Shown piece after piece: positions 52,968 through 64,000 of a stretch of 64,000 bases of DNA. A program made the position numbers and the translations under genes. Source of the stretch: Octopus sinensis. Taxonomy: Eukaryota. The notes beneath the pieces were generated by a model. That model was not told the DNA's origin and made no database searches. It was given only the letters and a program-made list of their open reading frames with translations. The DNA lies in contig NW_021824850.1 in the NCBI RefSeq assembly GCF_006345805.1, positions 1 through 64,000 of the forward strand, in the 5' to 3' direction. The first letter of the stretch is position 1, and every line of letters begins with the position of its first letter.

Positions 52968-54769
52968 TATGTGTGTGTATCAATTATGTATAGATGTATA
53001 TGTATGTATATGCATATATATTATATATCAATTATATATAGATGTATGTGTATATGTATGTAAATCTATATTAGTCTATTCGTACATATATGTAAATATT
53101 TACGAATTACTACCTTAAGTAAACACACATACACACACTCGCGTACACGCACGCACACACACATACACACACACGTTTGTATTTGTATGTATGTATCATG
53201 AACAGAACAGTATTCACACGCTAGTGTGCGATTAAGCACATTAAATTAAGAAGAATGAAACGAGAGTGAATTGTTATTAATCTCAGCTTTCTGGGTGCCT
53301 GACTGAATAAATGTGTATAATTTTGCATTATTTTGTGCTTGTTTAGATAGACTGATATCCACTTATGCACCCCACGCGGTTACGAGGTAGCTGTTTATTA
53401 ATGTAGGGGTTTCAAGCTAACTTTATTGCTAATAAAATACGAAGAATTGTTACAAGAGAAATAAGGATACTGAAATGATAAAAATGATAAAAAAAAAAGG
53501 AAACGTGTGTTCATTTTGAAGTTTACGTTTCCTGTATTGGGATATGGTTTAGTTTTTCATGTAAATAATTCTAATTATTCTTGGAATGAGTTAGCTATGA
53601 TTTCATTCTTTGGCGCGAAATACTACTTGAAATAAAAATAAGCATTAGAATATGAAAGTAAAAATGCGAAGACATTTGTTTTGGTATTTCCTATTATTTT
53701 TTGGGACCTCGTAAATATTTTTATGTTGGCAGTAATGTATATGAGAGCAAGGAGTGACTAATTCTGAGTGTCTATCCCTGTATTTTCTATTAACAGCATT
53801 AAGTACTTTAAAGCAATAGCTTCCTACCTTAAATATGTACACTCAGTAAACGTTATTTAACAGGCCAAGTAGATATATAAATAGATATACATATGCAAAC
53901 AGGGAAACAGTGAAACACACAGATACCGAAACACCCACGCATGCACGCGCGAGCATATACTAGCGCACATACGTGCCCGCGCGCACACACACGCATATAT
54001 ATGTACACGTACATATATAAGGTCATCCCATAGGTTCTGTACGAATTTTGAATAAAGAAAACAAGTGATCAAATGTTATATTTAATTGAAATTTAATCAT
54101 CAATGTACTTTCCCTGATTATCTATGACTTCCTTCAATCAGTTTACAAGCTTTTTAATTTCATCAATTTAAAACACTTTTGGTTTCAAAGCGAAGAACTC
54201 TGAAATTTCGTCCCCCAAATGATTCTGTAAACTACGAAATAAATGGTAGTCTGATCGAAGCCTATATCGTCAAGCACAGGTAGCCGAATGGAAAAGTGCA
54301 TTAAGGCGAAGGTGCTACCAAAACTGGCCGCTATTTGTCTAGGCGTGTCATATGATTTTATTAGATGAATCGAAATTCCAGCGACAACAGATACATTAAG
54401 AAGAAGAATGCAGCTTGCCTGATTTTTGAAGGGCCTTGCGCGACATTGGAATCATGGCCGGTGTGAATGTGTGTGTGTCTGTGTGTATGTGTGTGTGTGT
54501 CCATCTATGTTTACCACGAGTATGATTGCGGAGTGTGGGTATCTGATGCCGTATGTGGATATTCACATGTGCATAACGTGGGTGTATGTATCACCTGTGT
54601 ATATCAGCAATGTGTGTATCAGTTATGTGAGCGTGTGTGTGTGTGTGTGTGTGTTGTGTGTGTGTGTGTGTCTGCGTGCGTGTTCATGCGCATCTGTACG
54701 TTCGAATACTTGTACATTTGTGTCTACTGTATGCCTGTCTGTTTAGGATACACGTACGTGTGTGCTTGG

Positions 54770-54992
54770 GTATGGATGTTTAGTGAACGTGGCTATCTAA
54801 TACGTAGCCGTATTTCGTCTGCTGTTACGTTCTGAGTTCAAATTCCGTCGAGGTCGACTTTGCCTTTCATCCTTTCGGGGTCGATAAATTTAAGTACCAG
54901 TTACGAACTGGGGTCGATATAATCGACTTAATCCGTTTGTCTGTCCTTGTTTGTCCCCTCTATGTTTAGCCCTTTGTGGGTAATAAAGAAAC
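54770..54992 (+). mobile_element. SINE family B, single unit
   Basis: gtatttcgtctgctgttacgttctgagttcaaattcc...gtgggtaataaagaaa. Confidence 0.85.
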
Positions 54993-54999
54993 AGATTGT

Positions 55000-55300
55000 G
55001 TGATGTTACAGGGGATGCCTGACTCTGGAAGGTGAGCATATGGTCTGCGAAGGCATCGGCGGTTAGGTTCCATGTCCTTGGTTGTGAGGATTGAAGTTCA
55101 TTAGAAGGGTATACGTCTGATGGCAGCTATAAGGTAGTTCGTATTTCCTGGTGATCTGTACTGCAGGTTGGTGGAGAATATGCAGTCCTTCGTAGAGGTA
55201 GAGCTGGCAATTGCAGGTGAGTAAGGTGGGGTCCTGCCGATGACGGTCTATTCGATGTCGGGTGAGTAATTCCAGAGGTTGCGATAATATACTCTTTATC
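55000..55300 (-). mobile_element. Decayed LINE AP-endonuclease fragment
   Basis: Minus strand encodes ..NFNPHN..DAFADHML, resembling the GDFNAHH...G..LAD motif. GC-richer than the flanks, with many lesions. Confidence 0.35.
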
Positions 55301-57617
55301 TCACCTTTCGATTCGCTATTTGGCTTTTGTAGTTAAATTTGCCTGTGTAAGAGTGCATTACATAGTCTGCGATAACTTGAGATCAACTGCTGACAGGTTT
55401 CTCTCCCTGTAGGACACTGCGACAGTGGAAAATACTTAAATAATAGATTTCGAAATCGTCTGAGTACTGGAAGGTACATAAACTAATCGACACATGGTTC
55501 GCAATCGAAATAATATTGTCAGTCAGATATATGTGCTCATATATAGTCTGACAACTTAATATATATTTATGTCTGTATGTATGTATGTATGTATGTATGT
55601 ACCAATCAATCAATCTATCTATCTAACTCTTTATCTATTTCCGTGTGTATGTATGTATTTATGTATGTAATGTACTTATGTAAGTATTTATGTATTTATA
55701 CTTATATGTATGTAAAAGAGGTAATTTGAAACTGAAGAGTACTAAATATGCAGCTTGCTAGCTAGTCAGCATTTCGATCGACTGCTGTACTATAAAACAG
55801 TCACTCATTTTTATTTCATAGCAATATAAATATTATAGATGAGGGAAAAATATGAGATTATACGTAGGAAATAATCTCCAATTATTTTAAGTGAGATTTC
55901 CCCGAGGAGAAAACAATACCAAATCACATTGATTAGATAGGACATTACTGAGGAAAAATATGTGAGCAAATTACAGAAGAAACAATAAAAAGACGGCTAC
56001 TGTTAATAAAGACAATATTTAACTTCTCGACAGCTGTTTGAAAAGACTTCGATCATTAAATTCCGTCTTATGTATTACAATAAGTGACGTGGCCTGATAG
56101 AAAATGTATGGAATTGCTTGGTATTTCGTTGTAATTTTACAGTAGGAGCACTTTATCCTACAAAGCTTCAGTTCTTTCAGATATCAAGGGAATAAAATAG
56201 ATATCATATAACTCTGATTCAACATCGGATCAGAGTTCACAGTCGGTTGACATAGCTATCACACTGATTAGCATCAGACCACTGTCCACAAACCAGTTCA
56301 GCGAGCACTCAAGGGGATATGTATATATATACATATGTGTGTGTGTGTCTGTGTGTGTGCGGGCGTGTTTGTGTATAGACGTACATATACATATATGTGC
56401 GTGTATGTGTTTCTGTGTGTGTGTGTATGTGTGTGTGTGTGTGTGAGTGTGTGCCAGACACAATCTGATTCATCAGCACACCAAAGTTTACAATCATTTC
56501 ATTTAGCTATCGCATTACAATAGATACCACTCCTCTTTGGTTCACTCTAAGACCACAGTCTGCAAAGCAGTTTACTTAGGTGTCGGGGTTTTTAGCTACC
56601 AGGCCATTCTGTCAGAGCATCCAGCGATTGTCTATGAGTTGGATCTGATACTACAGTAAGATCCCGGTGTTCACTGATGCGTGCACCAGCCCCATAGCTT
56701 GTCACACCCAGCAAACACAAATGGTCACAAGGTGGAAATTTCCCTCAGTCACGAGAGATTTACACAACATATATTGTGATTATATAAATTTGGTGATTTC
56801 AAACGTAACCCGATAAAGGCTGAACTAGAGCTAAAAAACAATTAGTATTGGCTTCTTATCGGTTCCATTTCTTAGTGAAAATAATTTCTTGCTATATTTA
56901 GACCACTAATGATAACATGACGTGATTTCTGATAGTAAGGATATCACATCAATTTGTATTTTTTGCTTAAAATATTGACATTTTATGTTCAATGAAAAGA
57001 AAAACCAATATTGGTCCAGGAAACATTATGACGCCGGAGAAAATGGCCTTATACTATCTAGTTTTGCGTTTTCTTTGTTTTTTTTTTTGCATTATGCCGA
57101 GTATAAACCATACAGGAGGATTGAAATTGGTCTTTTATTTCGAGGTTGGTAAATTAAAAGTAACAGTAGTCTAGTGGGTGACTCAGTGAAAGATACATAT
57201 CATAGTCAAAAACAAAACAAAACACGAAAGTGCATAATGTCTGATCAAACAGTAATTATATTAAAGTTATCCACATCATCCCAGTCAGTAATGGAATGGA
57301 TACTAGTAAGGATAATTTTGTTTATCACCAAGCTAAGCTAGGGTCAGTTGTCTTTTTAGAGTGTGGCACAAGACAAGAATTAACTACATTTCTGCTGTCT
57401 GATATCACGATTAAGTTTAAAGATTTTGAAATAACCACCTAAAGCCTAAATTAAAAGACCCCTTAAATTTAGAAGACTGAAATAGGTGGGCATCCAATCT
57501 ATTCGGAAATAAATTGAACAATGAAATATTTATGATTGATTTTTAACTGGAACTGTAATATCAGGGGAATGGTGTGTGTATATATGCGTATATAAAGTAT
57601 ATATATATATATAATAT

Positions 57618-57657
<40 letters not shown>

Positions 57658-57660
<3 letters not shown>

Positions 57661-57870
57661 AGAGTTTACGAAAAAAACAAAAGACGAAGACAGGTGGTGT
57701 ACAAAACAAACAGATGTATTAGTATAGCGCTCAGGAATAGAAAAAGTATTTTACGTTTCGAGCCTACGCTCTTCTACAGAAAGGGACACAGAAAAAACAA
57801 GGAGAGAGACAAGGAGAGAGACAAGGAGAGAAAAAAATGTGTGTAGTGGCTAACGATCTATCATGGCATA
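57658..57870 (-). mobile_element. Hammerhead-motif repeat copy (well preserved)
   Basis: Minus strand cctttCTGTAGAAGAGCgtagGCTCGAAACGTAaaat (57748-57783); nearly identical to 11126-11270; 3' end abuts (TA)n. Confidence 0.8.
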
Positions 57871-58857
57871 TATATATCTGTGAGTGTGTGTGTGTGTATG
57901 TTGTGAATACACGTGCGTATGTATATATGTACAAATATTAATATATTATGTATGTGGGGAAAAGGTTTAATGCATGTTGTATACGATATAGTATTAATTT
58001 TTTAAAAGTATGAATTATCAACATTGAAAGTAAACAAGAACCTAGCGGTGATTGTTAGCCTCATTGAATACAAAAGGGGAGATAATTTTTATAAGCTACG
58101 AATATTTTTTGATGAATTAACTTGTGAAGTTAATAAATTTGGTTATGGTTTCAGGACCAAGAAACAGTAATGGACACATATTTCCACATCAATAGACTTT
58201 ACCGTCATTGCTTTGTACTTCACGGTTCCGAACAAGAATATGTTTATTGTTATAAATACAAAAAAAAATTAAACAACTTTGGCCAAGGTTCATTTACGTA
58301 GTGAAAGTGAAGAGAAACTAAGAGAAATTATGCACACAGGAATTCATCGAAAAAATATTTTTAAAAAAAGCAAAAAACAATAGCAAAAGTAAAGATCTGA
58401 AAGAATACTTAATGATACGAAAAGAAAATAGAGTGAAATGCGACAGTGATATTCAATGGTTTAGTTACTATTTTAGTCAGAAATTTGCGTAGCAGGGTCG
58501 ATGCAATGAATCCAAAATTAAAGTAAAAATATTTCAGAGATAAGGAACGCAAAATACGCCTAGTGTTGATTGTGAGCTCGTCTGAATTTAAGTTTCAAGA
58601 AATTAAGAATAGTTCTTCATATGTTAATATGATAAGGGAAATGGACAATTTCAACAAATGTACTGAGTGATCTTCTTCATTCAAGCATTCGTACCCAGTA
58701 CACCCATCATAGACACAAACACAAACACACTACGTATGTATGTATAGTTCTATTTTGGAAGAAAAATCAAAATATCTCAATAAAGGACACACACAAACAC
58801 ACACGCATATGTAAAAACATATGTAAATGCATATATAGATATATACGTGTGTGTATA

Positions 58858-58932
<75 letters not shown>

Positions 58933-59517
58933 TGAATATGCTGGTTAGTATGTGTACATGTAGATAAATATGTGTATATATTGCATAGAAAAAGAATCAT
59001 CGAGAAAAAAATATGTGAAAGAATGTTTAATGGTATGAAATGGAAATGGAGTGAAGAGAGAGGGTATTTGTCAAGGATGCTGTTAATATTTTAGCCAGGA
59101 TAATGTAGAGATGATCTGCCGATCGTAAGTCAGACAGCAATAAGAAGAGTGCACTTGGAAACCTTGGAGCAGTTGAATAGGAATATACATAAAGATTAAG
59201 AGCAAAGATGATCACACAAGCTGTACATAGATCACTGCATGATACAGAGTGAAAGGAAAAAAAATTGTGTGTAAGATTGTGATTGAATGATATAAAAGTC
59301 GGTGTGAGTGTGTGTGTGGCGGTGGTGTGACTGTGGGAAAGAGAGAGAGGGGAGAGAGAGAGGGAGAGAGAGAGAGAGGAAGAAATATTACTAAGTGTTA
59401 CGAAACAAAATGAGCGAATTCCAGAAAGTAGAAATAGGGAGATATTCCCACGCACGCAGACGCCCACATCTACTCACAAGTGTACATGAACACACACATG
59501 TACATATGTACCATATA

Positions 59518-59661
59518 CTCTTTTACTGGTTTCAGTCATTTGACTGTAGGCATGCTGGAGCACCGCCTTTAGTCGAGCAAATCGACCCCAGGACTTATTC
59601 TTTGTAAGCCTAGTACTTATTCTATCGGTCTCTTTATATATAATTAGATAGATAGATAGAC

Positions 59662-59742
<81 letters not shown>

Positions 59743-59745
59743 TGT
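59518..59745 (-). mobile_element. SINE family C tail fragment followed by (GATA)n
   Basis: gctggagcaccgcctttagtcgagcaaatcgacccc...ctagtacttattctatcggtctc matches 43330-43410; (GATA)n at 59645-59745. Confidence 0.8.
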
Positions 59746-62452
59746 ATGTATATGTGTGAAGCAAACGATTACAGCATTGAGGCATAATAGCCATTCAAAA
59801 ACACACAAAGACTGTTCCCTTCATCTTAGCATTTATTATATGGTATGAAATCTTTTGTTGATGTCTCGATTAAGCTGCATCTCTGCAGATGCAGTATAGT
59901 CTGCTACTCAGTTGCTTGTTGGAGCAATGAAAGTTTTGACACAAAAATATTAATACTGATGTGAAGAGGAAATAAAGTCCTCTTTCATCTACGTGGGAGT
60001 GAAGGGGGATAAATGGTCATAGCCACACCAAAGACAGCGAGGTATTGGATACAGTGATCATGAGTGGATATCTCGAGAGACAGGAGGGCTGTCTTCTGAT
60101 CTGTGGTAGTTGTTCAAAAACAAATTTGATTTAGAATTAAAAAAAAAAAGAAGAAAATTATGCGTCCGTTATTACTGCAGCTGTTGGAAGATCATAGATG
60201 CTTGCGCCCAAGACAGAAAAAAGTCTGACATTCTGTAGCATTCTCGTTCATATTGGTATACGAATATTGAACTTGGGTGGAAGAAGTCGCATTCCTCTGG
60301 TCATACTTGCGGCTGTCAGTTGTCATGCACACCAACCCGGCAAACATAATACACACATACTCACGTACACACAAACATATACCACTCTGATAAAAAGTAC
60401 ACACACACACGCACCTACACATATGTAGACACACTCAAATAGAACACCCACGCACACACGCACACACACACACACACACACATAAACACGTTTTTTGTAT
60501 TTCCCAGAGAAAACACACACATATACACTTACACGCAAATACACACCATTATTTATGAATCATAAATATGAACCTCAAAATACCGGCCAAAACTACTGAA
60601 CCATAACAAAACCAGCTCACCAAACAAGACCTTCTTTGCTCCACAACTGTTTGAAAGCAGAACAATCGCGTACTACCTTTTGATCATGTGACTGCCATCA
60701 ACTACCCACACTGTTTTTAAAGTGAAAGCGATTCTAAGCCACATTTAAGAAAAAAAAATTATCTTTTAATCACGTGACTGTCATCAACCAACCGTATTGT
60801 TTTTTTCAAAAAGAAGGCAATTTTGAGCCACCATTTCTGTATAAAACAGTAGTAACTGTCAAATTCCATTCAAATGCGAAACCCTACACCCAGATCCGAG
60901 AACTATAAATGGTCTGTTATTTCTCTACTCACCATTTTTTTGTTCAGCTTAAAATGTTACAAGCAATTATGGCTTCTGTTCACAATGAGACTAAAACTTT
61001 AGTACCCACTGATTGACAAACCGGACGCGTTTTATCTTGTCAAAGATTCTGATACTTGATTTAGATATATTTATGTAAAGTAATTTTATCTTCTTATTGT
61101 AAAAAAAATTATTACCTGATCTGAATGTTTATATGTAAACTATTTTTTGACTTATCACAGAAGATAAACAATGACTCAAGCCTTTTCTTATTATTAAGGA
61201 CTATCACTTGATTTGAATACATTTATGTAAACTCATTTTTGACGCCACAGAGGTTTCACAAAACCTCATTTTTAAAAAAGATTTTCAAAAGTAAAGTAAG
61301 TGAAACCGGTTAAGTTGATAGAGAATTTTAAAAAAAAACACCTGCATTTTAAGATTATTTTCCTTATATATATACGCGTAGACGTTATGTTCTGTTTTTC
61401 CACTACCAAATCTCCCTATATCTCTGTCTGCCTACCTGCCTGCCTACCTGTCTGTCTGTTTATCTATCTGTATGTATGTAGGATGTAACTATATACACAT
61501 TTATGTATGTGTTTGTGTGTGTGTGTGTGTGGTGTGTGTGTGTGTGTGTGTGTGCGTGCCTGCATATTTGATTTTATATGTGAGTGTGTGTGTATACTTA
61601 TCGAAAACAGAAAATGGTGACCGCAGCTAAAATGTTTCAAGAATTACATAACAAAACCAAGTAAATAGAAAGGAAAAAAATATGAAAGATATCGAAAATA
61701 TGAAAAGAAGTAGAGAGAATTTGGGAATCTATGTAGGTGAGTAGCAGGGGTCTTGGTGTCGGTGGGAGTTGTGTGGTATTGGTCTTCATATCAGCGATGT
61801 TGGTATCAATGGTGGTTATAGTGGTGTTGGTGGAAGTGGCGTTACTATTGGCAGTGTTGATTATTGTTAGAATTGGAAGAGAAAGAAAGATAGGAAGAGT
61901 GACAAAAAAAAAAACATAAGAGAATTATAAATAAAGAAGTGAGACAATAATAAAATAAGAAAAAAAAAAGCAACTCGGAAAAATATTCGAAGAAAGTATT
62001 GGGAAAGAGACAGATACATAGAAAATCATTATAGACATATGCATTGGTAGAAATGAAACCTGAAAAGTATATATAAATATATATATATATATGTGTGTGT
62101 GTGTGTCTGTGTGTGTGTGTATATGTATGTATACATATATATATATATATGTATTTATATAGATGTATATATATGTATGTATACATATATATATATGTAT
62201 ATAAATGTATGTATACATATATATATGTATACCTACATACACACATATATATATACATATATATATGTATACCTACATATATATATACATATATATATGT
62301 ATACATATATATATGTATACATACATATATATATATGTATACATACATATATATATATGTATACATACCATATATATGTATACATACATATATATATATA
62401 TGTATACCTACATATATATATATGTATACATACATATATATATATATATATC

Positions 62453-62483
<31 letters not shown>

Positions 62484-62513
62484 TATATATATACACACAC
62501 ACATATATGTATG

Positions 62514-62567
<54 letters not shown>

Positions 62568-62583
62568 ATATATGTATATATAC

Positions 62584-62712
62584 TTATTTAAAGCAGCAGA
62601 AAATTCAACAAAACATGTTACTCTGAGTATAGGGAAAGAGACAGATACATAGAAACGGCAACGGGAAACTCAGAGTAACAGGTTTTGTTGAATTTTCTGC
62701 TGCTTTAAATAA
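62584..62712. repeat. Inverted repeat with 45-bp arms
   Basis: ttatttaaagcagcagaaaattcaacaaaacatgttactctgagt pairs with actcagagtaacaggttttgttgaattttctgctgctttaaataa. The loop repeats gggaaagagacagatacatagaaa from ~62002. Confidence 0.85.
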
Positions 62713-63296
62713 AGCATATACACTGGTATTTGAGTACTCTTTTTTCCACCTTGTTTCACGTTTATGTGTTTACTCCGGTATATATATATATATTTATATA
62801 TATGTATATATATATATAATATGCGTGTGTGTATAGGCAAGTAAGATTGACAAATCTAGAGCCAAAATGGCAAAAAAAAGGCAAGTTCGAAAAGAATATA
62901 GACATATTGAGGATAAAACAATAATGAAACAGATAGACATATCAACATGGTGAGATATGTTTTTAGAAAGGGGAAAGTGATAAGTGAGTAAAAATATTGT
63001 GAAAAAGATATGGTATTTGATGGTGAGGATGATTGGGTTGGTGTTGATGGAGGTGGTGTTGCTTGTGCTGTGTTGAAATTTCGTTAGAGAGTCAAAGACA
63101 GAAAAGGAATTAAAGAAAAGGAAAGAAAAAACAGGGAAGGAATATGGATGCATTCGACTTTATGCCATATCTAAAGAAACGTGAAATCGGTGATCTTCAA
63201 AAGAAGCAGCAAGAATTCGGAAAAAATAGATAGGAAGAAAGAAAATCAACAATACTAAATATACATACATACGTGTGTATGTGTGTGTGTGTGTGT

Positions 63297-63327
<31 letters not shown>

Positions 63328-64000
63328 TGTGTATAAAATGGTAAAATAAGAAAAGAAGCTCTAAAATGCTTTCATTTTCACAGAACAATTGAAAATTACA
63401 GAACTCTGGCGTCGACTGTGTCGTTTTGCTAGCCAAAATGTCGGCATTTTTTTAGCGTTACTCATAGTGCACTCCGTTTGTAAGACAAGAAACAATAATA
63501 AAATAAAATTAAAAAGTCGGATCAATGGGAATATTCAGTTTAGCTTTGGGAACCTTAACCAGCTAGCTTCGTTATTTACTTGGTGAATCACAAGGAACTA
63601 CAATAACGTTATAGTTCCTAGAGAACGTAATCTCTGACCTCAGGAAATACAAGAAAATGCTAAGATGCCAACTCTACCTGCGTACACCATTCATCTTTCT
63701 CAGCTACATTCAGTCATGTGAGTAACTAACATGCCCTATTTCTCAAAAGAATCTGCAGTTGAACTATCAACTTTTATTTAGCAAACATCTGATCAAGGAT
63801 TTCCAATCGAGACAAAGGCGTATATTTTCAGATATAGGTTATCTACAATAAGCTTGAAATACTCTATTGAAAATGACGGCCCTGTATGCTTTCAGATATA
63901 TGTGGCTGCTATTTCTCGCATATCGTGGGACCACATAGAAGCTCTCCCTACTCGCTTGTATTTTTAGAGTCGATTGGATCTAATCGAAAGTTAATGAAGT

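Noticed and set aside
55195-55222. CAG|gtgagt donor with a 21-nt exon candidate
   Set aside because: It lies antisense within a decayed LINE fragment and has a weak acceptor; likely chance.
59957-59995. ctgatgtgaagagga...tcctctttca hairpin resembling a hammerhead start
   Set aside because: No GAAA follows the stem, and there is no stem I or III.
2106-62652. Dozens of YI/YM/HT/CV-repeat ORFs in the ORF track
   Set aside because: They are translations of (TA)n, (TATG)n and (CA)n microsatellites, which lack stop codons in some frames. There is no other sign of coding.

Overview
A strongly AT-rich, microsatellite-dense stretch of animal genome. The repeat repertoire fits a coleoid cephalopod, most likely Octopus (recognised, not proven). 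No long protein-coding gene is visible, and almost all ORFs in the supplied track are artefacts of (TA)n, (CA)n or (AAT)n repeats. Most of the window is transposon debris: about 25 tRNA-derived SINE copies from 3-4 families, two Penelope-like element (PLE) remnants (RT thumb plus GIY-YIG with an inverted terminal repeat at 28.4-29.6 kb; RT core at 32.3-32.8 kb), two mariner derivatives, a piggyBac transposase fragment between Helitron ends, a MITE and decayed LINE fragments. The most notable unexplained structure is: (1) a dispersed family of short, non-coding repeats carrying a minimal type I hammerhead ribozyme-like fold with a shared non-canonical core (CUGUNGA); (2) several long foldback or palindromic structures; (3) small candidate exons with good splice signals (+ strand: 2442-2454, 10306-10336, 29942-29950, 39474-39675; - strand: 10943-10969), suggesting the window is mostly intron of an unidentified gene. 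All calls were made by eye. Repeat boundaries are approximate and the exon calls are tentative.
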